A stretch of 64,000 nucleotides of DNA from Patescibacteria group bacterium. GTDB lineage: Bacteria; Patescibacteriota; Patescibacteriia; 2-01-FULL-39-33. Location: NCBI GenBank assembly GCA_041650895.1, contig JBAZKF010000001.1, positions 829,181 through 893,180 on the forward strand, given 5' to 3'. Shown here piece by piece: positions 54,546 to 64,000 of this stretch; within the stretch, counting starts at the first letter, position 1; the number at the start of each line of letters is the position of its first letter. The notes beneath the pieces were generated by a model. That model was not told where the DNA came from. It was given only the letters and a program-made list of their open reading frames with translations, and did no database searches. The position numbers and the translations under genes are program-made.

Positions 54546-57530
54546 ATGACTTGGCCAATTTTTAATAAAAAACTTTCTTGTCCCACTCCAGAAAGATTAA
54601 TAGTCGGTGACGAAATTAATTATCGGATATTGTTCAATGCTACAGCCGATGCTATTGTGATTGCTGATTTATCAGGCAAAATCATCGATGCTAATCTCGC
54701 CGCTTGTAGCTTGTTCGGTTATGACAAAAAAGAATTTTTTAGATTATCCGTTAATCAATTACACCCGGCCGATGCTGTCAAGGAAACTTTAAAAATTTTC
54801 AGGCAATTGTCTAAAGGCAATAAGCTTGATAAGAATATTGAATTGCAAATAATTACCAAGGATAAGAAAGTTAAAATCGTTTCCGCCAGCTTCGGTAGAA
54901 TAAAAATTGATTCTCATTATTGTTTGATTGCCTTTTTTCGCGATATTACCAAAGCAAAGGAAAGCGAAAAACGCTATAAGATATTGACTGAGGTGGCCCA
55001 TGACAGCATTTATTTGGTTAATAGAAGCGGTATAGTGACGTATGTTAATTATTTCGGAGCCGGGCAGTTCAAGGCCAAGCCTGAAGACATTATTGGCAAG
55101 AATATCAAAAACTTATTCCCGCCAACTGTGGCCCAACGGCAAATGGCCAACATTATTAAGGTATTTCGTAGTGGTCAGCCGATTTATCAAGAGGGTCTAT
55201 CATTTTTTCCTTCAGGAGAAGCATGGTTGAGTACGCAACTAACTCCAATCAATGATCAATCGGGCCGAGTGGAAAGCGTTATGGGCCTATCTCGTAATAT
55301 TTCCAAGGTTAAGGAGTCGGAGATAGCCATAAAAAACTATTCTTCTTTATTGGATTCAATCACTGCTACATCGCAGGAGGGTATTTTGGTGATTGATCAA
55401 CGGGGTAAGGTCACTTTTTATAATAAAAATTTTTTGAAAATGTGGAAGATACCGCAAGAACTGGTGAAAAGTAAAGACGATAAAAAACTATTGTCTTTTG
55501 TTATGAGTCAATTGTCCGATGCCAAGGAATTTTTGGTTAAAGTGGATTATCTTTATCGGCATCCGGCAAATAAAAGTTCCGATACTATTTATTTTAAAGA
55601 TGGCCGAGTTTTTGATCGTTTGTCTTTACCGCAAAAAATTGACGGTAAAATTGTGGGCCGAGTTTGGCGTTTCACTGATATTACTAAGGATATAAAAGTC
55701 CGAGAAAGTTTAGTTAGGTCAGAGCAGAAATACCGCCGACTTTTTGAAGCGGCCAAGGATGGTATTTTGATTCTTAATGCTAAAACTGGAGAAATTGAAG
55801 AGGTTAATCCGTATTTGATTGAGATGCTGGGTTATAGCAGGGGAGAATTTTTACAGAAGAAATTGTGGGAAATCGGGTTATTTAAGGATATAGCGGCTTC
55901 CAAGAAATCTTTTAAAATTTTAAAGAAGAAGAAGTATGTTCATTATGAGAATTTGCCTTTAAGAACTAAGTCTGGCAAGTCGATCAGTGTGGAATTTGTC
56001 AGTAATGTCTATAATATTGACCATACCAAAGTCGTTCAGTGCAATATTCGCAATATTACCAGTCGTCACCAAATAGAAATGGAGTTGATTAACAGCGAAG
56101 ATCGTATGCGGGCGATTTATGAAAATAGCCCGGTACCGATTGTCCTGGTCGGCTTAGACAATAAATTTATTAGCGCCAACCCGGCCGCTGTAAGATTGTG
56201 GGGTTATTCCGAGGAGCGACTTAAAAAAATGACTTTTGCCGATATTACTCATCCTGATGAAATTAAAAGGGACGTAGAAAAAGTCAAGCTTCTGCTTAAA
56301 GGCAAAATTCCTATCTATAATGTGGATAAACGTTATATTAGGAAAGACAAGAAAATCATTTATGGCCGAGTCAGCGCTACTTTAATTAAAGATAATAGCG
56401 GGGAGCCATTGTATTTTTTAACGATTATTGAGGATATTACCCAGCACAAAAAGTGGGAGGAAGAAATCAAGCAATCGGAAGAAAGATACAGTAATCTGGT
56501 GGAGAATAGCAATGACGCCGTGATTTTAATTCAGGAAGGCATAGTTAAATACGCCAATCCGGCCATAAAAAATATTACCGGTATGGTCCCTTCGGATGTT
56601 GTCGGCAAACCCATGATTGATTTCATCGCCCCCCAGTATAAAAGTTCAGTTGTTTCAAATTATCAGCGCCGCATGCGAGGAGAGAAGGTGGAAACCCGCT
56701 ATGAGTTCGCTGTTATTGACAACCATGGCAAAGCTATACCGGTAGAGACAAACAGTTCGGTGATTATTTTTGAAGGCCGGCCGGCTGACATGGCTATTTT
56801 ACGCGACATCAGCAAAGCCAAAGAAGTTGATCGGTTGAAATCGGAGTTTATATCCATGTCTTCGCATCAATTGCGGACGCCTTTAACCGGTATCAAGTGG
56901 TTTGGAGAACTACTGTTAAAAGAAAAAATCGGCAAATTGAATACGGAACAGCGCGATTTTGTTGAACAGATTTATCATAGTAATGAACGGATGATTAAAC
57001 TGGTTAATGACTTGCTGGATGTTTCGCATATTGAGACGGGGCGTAAATTTGTTTTGAAAAGGAAATCAAGCGACTTGCGTTTGGCTTTTAGCCGCGCCGT
57101 AGAAGACCAAAATTTGGCCGCCGCCAAAAATAAAATCAGCTTTGTTTTGGGTCGTGGTTTTGATGAAAAAATCATCGCCGTTTTTGATTTTGAAAAAATT
57201 GTCCAGATGTTGAATAATTTAATCAGCAATGCCTTGAAGTATTCTCCGGAGAAAACTAAGGTAACTTTTGATTGTCAGCGCCAAGGAAATTATTGGCACT
57301 TTTCTATTGCCGATCAAGGTTATGGCATACCGGCCTACCAGCAACATCGGATATTTGAAAGGTTTTTCAGGGCGGATAACATTAGGGGAGTGGCTCCGGA
57401 AGGCACGGGTTTGGGATTATATATCGCTCGAGGCATAGTTGAAGCTCATGGCGGCAGGATTTGGTTTGATTCCAAAGAGAATAAGGGCACGACTTTCTAT
57501 TTTACTTTGCCGATTTATTCTGCTAAATAA
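54546..57530 (+). CDS. Cytoplasmic multi-PAS sensor histidine kinase (994 aa)
   Basis: At least five PAS/PAC-like modules, HisKA H-box (SHQLRTPLTGIKW), HATPase_c G-boxes (GTGLGLYIARGIVEAHGG), no TM helix. Confidence 0.85.
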   Translation: MTWPIFNKKLSCPTPERLIVGDEINYRILFNATADAIVIADLSGKIIDANLAACSLFGYDKKEFFRLSVNQLHPADAVKETLKIFRQLSKGNKLDKNIELQIITKDKKVKIVSASFGRIKIDSHYCLIAFFRDITKAKESEKRYKILTEVAHDSIYLVNRSGIVTYVNYFGAGQFKAKPEDIIGKNIKNLFPPTVAQRQMANIIKVFRSGQPIYQEGLSFFPSGEAWLSTQLTPINDQSGRVESVMGLSRNISKVKESEIAIKNYSSLLDSITATSQEGILVIDQRGKVTFYNKNFLKMWKIPQELVKSKDDKKLLSFVMSQLSDAKEFLVKVDYLYRHPANKSSDTIYFKDGRVFDRLSLPQKIDGKIVGRVWRFTDITKDIKVRESLVRSEQKYRRLFEAAKDGILILNAKTGEIEEVNPYLIEMLGYSRGEFLQKKLWEIGLFKDIAASKKSFKILKKKKYVHYENLPLRTKSGKSISVEFVSNVYNIDHTKVVQCNIRNITSRHQIEMELINSEDRMRAIYENSPVPIVLVGLDNKFISANPAAVRLWGYSEERLKKMTFADITHPDEIKRDVEKVKLLLKGKIPIYNVDKRYIRKDKKIIYGRVSATLIKDNSGEPLYFLTIIEDITQHKKWEEEIKQSEERYSNLVENSNDAVILIQEGIVKYANPAIKNITGMVPSDVVGKPMIDFIAPQYKSSVVSNYQRRMRGEKVETRYEFAVIDNHGKAIPVETNSSVIIFEGRPADMAILRDISKAKEVDRLKSEFISMSSHQLRTPLTGIKWFGELLLKEKIGKLNTEQRDFVEQIYHSNERMIKLVNDLLDVSHIETGRKFVLKRKSSDLRLAFSRAVEDQNLAAAKNKISFVLGRGFDEKIIAVFDFEKIVQMLNNLISNALKYSPEKTKVTFDCQRQGNYWHFSIADQGYGIPAYQQHRIFERFFRADNIRGVAPEGTGLGLYIARGIVEAHGGRIWFDSKENKGTTFYFTLPIYSAK

Positions 57531-57547
57531 TTATAATTTTAAAATTT

Positions 57548-57934
57548 ATGATGAAAAAAATGATGAAAAAATTGTTAGTCATTGATGATGAACCGATCGT
57601 GCTTAAAGCTTTGTCGTCACAGTTTGATGCCAAAGAGATTGAGGTGTTGCTTGCCAAGGATGGCGCTGAAGGTTTAAAATTGGCTAAGAAAGAAAAGCCT
57701 GATTTAATCTTATTGGACCTGGTAATGCCTAAAATGGACGGATTGGAAATGTTAGCTAAGTTGCGCAAAGATAAATGGGGCAAGAAAGCGGAAGTAGTGA
57801 TTCTGAGTAACTTGAGTGATTCGGCCAAGGTAGCTCAAGCTGTTGCTTTAGGGACCTTTGAATATTTGGTTAAGGTGGACTGGAATGTGGCTGATGTGGC
57901 CACTAAGGTGAAAAAGAAGCTGGGATTAAAATAA
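57548..57934 (+). CDS. Single-domain response regulator receiver (CheY-like)
   Basis: KLLVIDDE...DLILLDLVMPKMDG...VILSNL, 128 aa. Confidence 0.75.
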   Translation: MMKKMMKKLLVIDDEPIVLKALSSQFDAKEIEVLLAKDGAEGLKLAKKEKPDLILLDLVMPKMDGLEMLAKLRKDKWGKKAEVVILSNLSDSAKVAQAVALGTFEYLVKVDWNVADVATKVKKKLGLK

Positions 57935-58080
57935 TTAAATTAAGCATTGTTTAGTCAACTCGGAAGAAATTTTCGGGTTGACTTTTAGTTATCCCCAGAG
58001 CAGATTATGCGACTTGTTTTTGAATGGCAAAGCATGTTATAATATATTAATAACTAACCATAAAACATTGGTTAAAAAAT

Positions 58081-58443
58081 ATGGTCGCTAAGAAAAGAAT
58101 TCTCATCGCCGAGGATGAGAAATCCATGGCTAACGCCTTGGAACTAAAACTGAATAAATCCGGCTTTGAAGCTAAGGCCGTTTATGACGGCGAGCAGGCT
58201 TTGGCCACTGTGACTGAAGGTGGCTATGACTTGATGCTGTTGGATTTGATGATGCCGAAATTAGATGGTTTTGGCGTATTGGAAGGCATAAAAAAGAAGA
58301 ATCTTAAGATCAAAGTTATTATTACTTCTAATTTGTCTCAAGAAGAAGATATCAAGAAGGCCAAAGATTTGGGGGCTATTGACTACATCGTTAAGTCGGA
58401 TACGCCTATTCAGGCGATCGTAGAAAAAATTAAAAGTCTTTGA
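58081..58443 (+). CDS. Single-domain response regulator receiver (CheY-like)
   Basis: RILIAEDE...DLMLLDLMMPKLDGF...VIITSNL...LGAIDYIVK, 120 aa. Confidence 0.75.
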   Translation: MVAKKRILIAEDEKSMANALELKLNKSGFEAKAVYDGEQALATVTEGGYDLMLLDLMMPKLDGFGVLEGIKKKNLKIKVIITSNLSQEEDIKKAKDLGAIDYIVKSDTPIQAIVEKIKSL

Positions 58444-58474
58444 TTAAGTTATCATCTTAATTCCATGCTTTAAG

Positions 58475-60121
58475 ATGAATTTAGACAACAAACAACTCAG
58501 AGCCATCCTGGTTGATGGTGATTATTTGTCCGCCGGCGATTGGCAGAAAGCCGAGGCCGTTGCGGCAAAAAAAGAAATCGACATAATCGATTATCTTTTG
58601 CGTGAAGGTATTTTGAATAAGGATTTATTCGGCCAAGCCATGGCCGAATATTTTAGTTTGCCTTATGCGGATTTGAATTCCAATATGCCGATAAAGGAGC
58701 AGGTTTTGGCTCTGCCTGAAGATATCGCCAGAGAATATCGTTTGGTGGTGTATTCCGCCGACAGTAAGACCGTGGTAGTAGCGACAGATCAGCCGGATAA
58801 TCAGAAATTGCCAGAATTATTAAAAAAAGTAATACCAAACCGGCAGGTTAAATTAGCTTATTCTTTAACCGAGGATATTGATGCCGCTTTCGTCAATTAT
58901 CGCAAGACATTAGAAACTCGTTTTGCCGCCATTATTAAGAAAAGCCGACAGGTGGTGCCGGAAATAGTTGATGAAATTTTTGCCGATGCCGTTACTTTTA
59001 AGGCTTCAGATATACATTTTGAACCAACGGAAGCAGAGGTGCTGGTGCGATTCCGCGTAGATGGCGTCTTACAAGATGCCGGGCACATCCCTAAGGAATT
59101 CTATGGCAATATTGTCAATCGTATCAAAGTAAAGAGCCACTTGCGCATTGATGAGCATTTTGCCGCTCAAGACGGCAGTTTGAATTATGTCAGCGACGGT
59201 CTGGTTACTGACATGCGCGTGTCCGTAGTGCCGACTATTGAGGGGGAAAAAATCGTCATGCGTCTTTTGTCGCATTACGTTCAGGGTTTTGATTTGAATG
59301 ATCTGGGTTTATCAGTTAAAGATCAAACTAATTTTAATGTGGCGGCGCAAAAACCGTTTGGTATGATTCTTGTTGTCGGTCCAACCGGTTCAGGCAAGAG
59401 CACCACCTTGTACGCCGTTTTAAAACAACTTAATCAACCGGCAGTAAATATCACTACCATTGAAGATCCGGTGGAATACCGGGTGCCAGGCATTAATCAG
59501 ATCCAAGTTAATTCTCAGACTGGCTTGACTTTCGCCCGCGGTTTGCGTTCCATCGTTCGCCAGGATCCTGATATTATCCTAGTTGGGGAGATTCGCGATT
59601 TGGAGACCGCCGAGATTGCAGTCAATGCCGCTTTGACCGGCCATTTGTTGCTTTCCACTTTCCACTCCAATGACGCGGCGACCGGCATTCCGCGTTTACT
59701 GGATATGAAGATTGAGCCTTTTTTGCTCGCTTCCACCCTGCAAGCGATTTTGGCGCAACGCTTGGTGAGGAAGATTTGCGACCATTGTCGTGTCAGCTAT
59801 ACGATTTCTCCCGCTCAATTAACCAAAGAGTATCCCTTAGCCGCTAAATATTTTCCTCGTCGCAATCTGACCTTATATCGCGGTAAGGGTTGCCCGGCCT
59901 GTAATAATACCGGTTATAAGGGGCGGACCGCTATTTTTGAGTTGATTTTGATCACGCCGGAGATGCAGGAATTAGTTATGAAACATCCGTCGTCTCGGGA
60001 AATTTGGCAGTTGGCTAGCCGTCAAGGGTCGCGGCCGCTCTTTGAAGATGGAATGGAAAAGGTCAAAGACGGCGTTACCACTATGGATGAAATCTTCAGA
60101 GTGGCTGAACCGCCACAGTAA
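58475..60121 (+). CDS. pilB: Type IV pilus assembly ATPase PilB / GspE family
   Basis: N-terminal GspII_E-type domain, Walker A GPTGSGKST, Asp/His boxes, tetracysteine CDHC...CPAC. Confidence 0.9.
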   Translation: MNLDNKQLRAILVDGDYLSAGDWQKAEAVAAKKEIDIIDYLLREGILNKDLFGQAMAEYFSLPYADLNSNMPIKEQVLALPEDIAREYRLVVYSADSKTVVVATDQPDNQKLPELLKKVIPNRQVKLAYSLTEDIDAAFVNYRKTLETRFAAIIKKSRQVVPEIVDEIFADAVTFKASDIHFEPTEAEVLVRFRVDGVLQDAGHIPKEFYGNIVNRIKVKSHLRIDEHFAAQDGSLNYVSDGLVTDMRVSVVPTIEGEKIVMRLLSHYVQGFDLNDLGLSVKDQTNFNVAAQKPFGMILVVGPTGSGKSTTLYAVLKQLNQPAVNITTIEDPVEYRVPGINQIQVNSQTGLTFARGLRSIVRQDPDIILVGEIRDLETAEIAVNAALTGHLLLSTFHSNDAATGIPRLLDMKIEPFLLASTLQAILAQRLVRKICDHCRVSYTISPAQLTKEYPLAAKYFPRRNLTLYRGKGCPACNNTGYKGRTAIFELILITPEMQELVMKHPSSREIWQLASRQGSRPLFEDGMEKVKDGVTTMDEIFRVAEPPQ

Positions 60122-60133
60122 AGAGATTATTTT

Positions 60134-61360
60134 ATGGCTATCAAGAAAAACAAAAAAGATCTTACCGTTAAACTGCCTAGTAACAGTCCGGTGGTGCCGG
60201 TTAAGGCGATTCAAGTTGAGTCTAAGAAGAAAACGAAGGGAGAGTTGATTATTGCCAAATCCGTGTATGCCGGAAATAATCGGCGCCGATTACTTATTAA
60301 AACTTTTAACTTTGGCTGGCGCGATCAAAGGGAAGGGTTAATGGAAAATCTAGCGTTATTGCTCACTGCTGGTATGGACTTATTGGGCGCTTTGGAGGCA
60401 ATACGGCCGGATCGCGGTTTTTGGCGTTTGAATTTTTTGATTAGGATATTGCAAGAGGATATTGAAAGCGGTTTTGCTTTCTGGCAAGCTTTGGAACGAA
60501 CGAAAATATTCCGCGCCCAAGACATTTCTTTAATTAAAATAGGGGAGCAGACCGGTAAATTGGATGAGACTTTGAAAATGTTGGTCTTACAGCAACAGAA
60601 AGAGCGTGATTTCTCTTCTAAAGTCAAGTCGGCCATGGCGTATCCGGCTTTTGTTTTGTCAGTAACTTTTGCCGTCGGCTTGGGTATCGCTTGGTTCATT
60701 TTGCCGCGTTTGGCTACGGTTTTTGCTTCATTAAGCATTGAATTGCCGCTTATTACCCAAATATTGATTAATTTCGGAAAATTTCTAGGGACTTACGGCA
60801 ATACGGTTGTCCCGGCAATTATTGTTGCATTCGTGGTTTTATTTTATTTGCTGTTCTTTTTTCCTGGCACTAAGATTATTGGTCAGTTTTTGTCTTTACA
60901 TACTCCGGCCGTCGGCAAACTAATCAAGCAATCGGAAGTGGCGCGTTTCGGTTATGTTTTAGGCACACTTTTATCTTCGGGTATGCCGGTTTTGGAAGCG
61001 CTGAAGTCATTGTCGCAATCAACCGAGCTCAGGTCTTATCGCAAGTTTTATCGCTATTTGGAAAAAAATTTAGAGGAGGGAGCGTCGCTTAAGGATTGTT
61101 TTCTTTCTTATCGCACAGTAAGCGGTTTATTCCCCAAATCATTACAGCAACTTCTAATCGCCGGCGAGCAATCGGGTAGCCTGTCTAACGCTTTGATTAA
61201 AATTGGCGAGATGTATGAGGATAAAATAGAGATAACCACCAAGAATTTGGCTATTATTCTGGAACCGTTGCTTTTGTTTATCGTATGGCTTGGCGTATTG
61301 GCGGTGGCGGTAGCAGTTATTTTGCCGATTTATAGTCTGGTTGGCTCCTTAAATAATTAA
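60134..61360 (+). CDS. pilC: Type IV pilus / T2SS platform protein PilC (GspF family)
   Basis: Two GspF-type repeats, three TM segments, 408 aa, directly downstream of pilB. Confidence 0.85.
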   Translation: MAIKKNKKDLTVKLPSNSPVVPVKAIQVESKKKTKGELIIAKSVYAGNNRRRLLIKTFNFGWRDQREGLMENLALLLTAGMDLLGALEAIRPDRGFWRLNFLIRILQEDIESGFAFWQALERTKIFRAQDISLIKIGEQTGKLDETLKMLVLQQQKERDFSSKVKSAMAYPAFVLSVTFAVGLGIAWFILPRLATVFASLSIELPLITQILINFGKFLGTYGNTVVPAIIVAFVVLFYLLFFFPGTKIIGQFLSLHTPAVGKLIKQSEVARFGYVLGTLLSSGMPVLEALKSLSQSTELRSYRKFYRYLEKNLEEGASLKDCFLSYRTVSGLFPKSLQQLLIAGEQSGSLSNALIKIGEMYEDKIEITTKNLAIILEPLLLFIVWLGVLAVAVAVILPIYSLVGSLNN

Positions 61361-61361
61361 T

Positions 61362-61829
61362 ATGCCTAGGGAAACAAAAACAAAACATCTCGGTTCAAAC
61401 GGTTTTACTTTAGTAGAGGTGTTGTTATCCTTGGCTCTTATAGCTGTTATTTCCGTGATGGCTATTCCGGTTTATCAATCGTTTCAGACCAAAAACGATT
61501 TAGCCGTCGCCACCAATAGCTTGGTTCAATCCTTGCGCCGCGCTCAGATTTTATCACAGAGCATGGCCGGAGACAGTGGTTGGGGGGTATTTATAACCAC
61601 TGGCAGTGTCGTGTTGTTTCGCGGCTCGTCTTACGGTAGTCGTGACATCCTCTATGATGAGAGCTCCACCGTGCCAACGACAATCACTCCAAGTGGTTTG
61701 AGCCAAGTTGTGTTTGATAAGTTTACCGGCAAGCCGGTCGCCACCGCCACAGGAAATATTTTATTAGTTTCCGTGGCTCACGAAACCAGCACCGTTAATA
61801 TTAACAGTCGAGGGACGATAACTTATTGA
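61362..61829 (+). CDS. Pseudopilin / minor pilin with prepilin-type N-terminal cleavage/methylation motif
   Basis: G-FTLVEVLLSLALIAVI class III signal (GFTLxE) followed by hydrophobic helix. Confidence 0.75.
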   Translation: MPRETKTKHLGSNGFTLVEVLLSLALIAVISVMAIPVYQSFQTKNDLAVATNSLVQSLRRAQILSQSMAGDSGWGVFITTGSVVLFRGSSYGSRDILYDESSTVPTTITPSGLSQVVFDKFTGKPVATATGNILLVSVAHETSTVNINSRGTITY

Positions 61830-61830
61830 T

Positions 61831-62424
61831 ATGTTATTGAGAACAAGTCAATCCGGTTTTAATTTGGTAGAAGCGATCCTAAGCGTTGCAGTTTTTGGCT
61901 TGATGATTACGGCTTTAGTCGGCGCTTGGCTTTATGGCCAGCAAAGTACGGCTATCGCCGGACAGAGATCCCGAGCCATATTTTTAGCCGAAGAAGGGTT
62001 GGAGGCGACGCGTAATCTGCGCGATGCGAACTTTTCTAATTTGACTGCCGGATCACATGGTTTGGTTATTGCCGGAAATGTTTGGACTTTCTCCGGCGTC
62101 TCTGATTTGATTGACAGCTATTATCGGCGGCAAATTAGTATAAGACCGATTGACGCCAACCGTTTTCAAGTAACTTCCACCGTGGCTTGGCAGCAGACTC
62201 AACAACGTTGGGCAACTATCACTCTGGCTACTTATCTGACTAATTGGCAGGTCCAGGGAACTATTGCTAGCTGTTCTTCTTACTGCCAGTCTTTAGGGAT
62301 ATATATCGCCGGCGCTTGCCGCAGGAATAATAGCGCTTGTAATGCTAACGGGGAGACCAGGGAGACGGGTGGCGCCGTCTATTGTACGATTGATAAAAAT
62401 AATACCTGCTGTTGCCAGCCTTAA
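61831..62424 (+). CDS. Pseudopilin with cysteine-rich C-terminal tail
   Basis: SGFNLVEAILSVAVFGL prepilin motif. C-terminal 60 aa contain 9 Cys ending CCCQP. Confidence 0.7.
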   Translation: MLLRTSQSGFNLVEAILSVAVFGLMITALVGAWLYGQQSTAIAGQRSRAIFLAEEGLEATRNLRDANFSNLTAGSHGLVIAGNVWTFSGVSDLIDSYYRRQISIRPIDANRFQVTSTVAWQQTQQRWATITLATYLTNWQVQGTIASCSSYCQSLGIYIAGACRRNNSACNANGETRETGGAVYCTIDKNNTCCCQP

Positions 62425-62427
62425 CTT

Positions 62428-62940
62428 ATGAAACCCCGAATAACCAATCGCCAAGGTTTTACTTTAATAGAATTGTTGCTCTATTTGGCTATTGCCTCAG
62501 TTATTTTATTATCAGTTTCTGTTTTTTTGTCGTTAATTCTGCAAAGCCGGGTTAAAAATCAGACCATAGCCGAAGTGGAACAACAGGGACTGGAAGCGAT
62601 GCATGCCATTACCCAAACTATCAGAAATTCCAGCAGCGTGACTGTTCCTATTGTCGGCGGCTCCAGTGTTACTTTGATTCTGGCAGTGCCCCTGCCGGAA
62701 AAAAGTCCTACGGTTTTTGACCTATCCGGCGGAGCATTAAGGATTATTGAGGGCGCGAACGGAGCCGTGGTCCTGACTAATAATCGCGTGACAATAAGTA
62801 ATTTGAGCTTCACTAATTTATCCAGTACCAGCTCTAAGGATATTATCAGAGTGCAGTTCATCTTGAAACATTTAAATCCCGGGAGTCGCAATGAATATGA
62901 TTATCAGAAAAAATTTTATGGTTCGGCCGAACGCCGCTAA
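62428..62940 (+). CDS. Pseudopilin / minor pilin
   Basis: QGFTLIELLLYLAIASVIL prepilin motif. Confidence 0.7.
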   Translation: MKPRITNRQGFTLIELLLYLAIASVILLSVSVFLSLILQSRVKNQTIAEVEQQGLEAMHAITQTIRNSSSVTVPIVGGSSVTLILAVPLPEKSPTVFDLSGGALRIIEGANGAVVLTNNRVTISNLSFTNLSSTSSKDIIRVQFILKHLNPGSRNEYDYQKKFYGSAERR

Positions 62941-63319
62941 GCCGAGAGGCTACATCTTGTTGTTAAGCATCTTGGTGGTGGGTGCGGTCGGTTTAGCCGT
63001 AACTCTGTCGCTTTTATTACTGGGTTTGGATGCCTCACGGACTGTCTTGGCCGTGGAGCAGGCTAGTGGAGCCAGGGCACTGGCTAATGCTTGCGCTGAA
63101 GAGGCCTTACAGCAAATTAGGATTGATAGTCTATTTGTTGGTTCGGGCAACTTGGCTTTTAATGGCGGTATTTGCAACTATACGGTGGTAAATACCGGCG
63201 GTAACACGCGAGGAGTAACGGTCAGTGCTAGTAAAAGTAACACTTTCAGCCGTTTGGCGGTTAGTATTAGCGCTCTTTACCCGCTAATTACTTATACTTC
63301 CTGGCAAGAAGTTCCCTAA
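62891..63319 (+). CDS. Putative pilus minor component (PilX-like hydrophobic N-terminus; start may be ATG 62921)
   Basis: Overlaps the preceding gene by 50 nt. N-terminal hydrophobic segment without canonical GFTLxE motif. Confidence 0.45.
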   Translation: MNMIIRKNFMVRPNAAKPRGYILLLSILVVGAVGLAVTLSLLLLGLDASRTVLAVEQASGARALANACAEEALQQIRIDSLFVGSGNLAFNGGICNYTVVNTGGNTRGVTVSASKSNTFSRLAVSISALYPLITYTSWQEVP

Positions 63320-63350
63320 GAATACATTAACATAAAATAAGATAAAATTT

Positions 63351-63812
63351 ATGAACAAAAAACAATCAGGTTTTACTTTGCTGGAGGTGTTGCTGGTCGT
63401 AGCGATTATCGCTATTCTGGCCGGCATCGTTATTTTGGCCTTGAATCCCAGCAAGCAATTGGGTGATACAAGGAACGCCCAACGTCGCGCCGATGTTAAT
63501 ACTATTTTGAGCGCCGTTTACCAGTACGCCATTGATAATAATGGCATCGTGCCGGCCAGCATTTCGGTTGATACGGCCTGTTATGCTTCTAATAATGAGA
63601 TATGCAGTATAGACGGGACCTGTACCGGTAAAGTCAACCTAAAGCAATACTTGGTTAGTACGACATCAAAATATTTGGTTTCATTGCCGGCCGATCCTCA
63701 GAACGTAAGCAGTGAAGGCACTGGCTATTACATCAGCAAGGATTCAAATAATCGGATTACAGTTTGCGCGCCCATTGCCGAGAATAATGCCAGTATCAGC
63801 ATTAGCCGATAA
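63351..63812 (+). CDS. Type IV pilin (PilA-like)
   Basis: [28 protein letters not shown] prepilin signal. C-terminal Cys cluster (CYASNNEICSIDGTC...C). Confidence 0.8.
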   Translation: MNKKQSGFTLLEVLLVVAIIAILAGIVILALNPSKQLGDTRNAQRRADVNTILSAVYQYAIDNNGIVPASISVDTACYASNNEICSIDGTCTGKVNLKQYLVSTTSKYLVSLPADPQNVSSEGTGYYISKDSNNRITVCAPIAENNASISISR

Positions 63813-63859
63813 ATCAATATAAATAAAATAGTTAACAATTAATTTATGAACAAATAATT

Positions 63860-64000
63860 TATGAACAAAAAAAAATCAGGGTTTACTTTATTGGAGGTGT
63901 TGCTGGTCGTAGCGATTATCGCTATTCTGGCCGGCATTGTCATTTTGGCTTTAAATCCCAGTAAGCAATTAGGCGACGCTAGGAACGCCCAGCGTCGCGC
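63860..64000 (+). CDS. Second type IV pilin paralog (3' end outside window)
   Basis: First 47 aa differ from the 63351 gene in one residue (Q5K plus an added K) and DNA is ~90% identical. Starts ATGAACAAAAAAAAATCAGG (A9 tract). Preceded by abortive ATGAACAAATAA. Confidence 0.7.

Overview
This window looks like a low-GC segment from a Patescibacteria/CPR-type genome. Reasons: standard code with TAA/TGA/TAG all used as stops, ribosomal protein L30 absent from the spc cluster, mostly SD-less genes, and lysine-rich extensions on several r-proteins. The left 32 kb is core translation machinery: rpmB, rpsL-rpsG-fusA (with two extra small ORFs inserted), valS, tuf-rpsJ, then rplC through rplO, secY, adk, map, ruvX. 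After that come repair and cell-wall genes (recO-like, DD-carboxypeptidase), typA, hup, a GT-B glycosyltransferase, a SpoU methyltransferase and tRNA-Pro(CGG). The right 22 kb (42.4-64 kb) is an accessory-looking locus. It holds two orphan CheY-like receivers, a small membrane protein that is a paralog of the N-terminal, Ig-like and C-terminal TM-anchor regions of the adjacent giant protein, a 3181-aa twice-membrane-anchored repeat protein (ten Asp-box modules, FN3 and Ig-like domains, three ~2-kb super-repeats), a cytoplasmic multi-PAS histidine kinase, two more orphan receivers, and a type IV pilus module (PilB, PilC, four pseudopilins, tandem near-duplicate pilin genes). I propose this as a sensor-regulated adhesion/pilus system. 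Other observations: a 245-bp structured non-coding element with 18-bp terminal inverted repeats and a T8G9 tract between rpsJ and rplC; an ATAAGCTA motif sitting at the Shine-Dalgarno position of several r-protein genes; a TTCGTAATT repeat family including an exact 22-mer at two distant loci; conserved hairpin modules after the inserted str-operon ORFs; a gene interrupted by a single in-frame TAG; and a 14-nt direct repeat of the tRNA-Pro 3' end.
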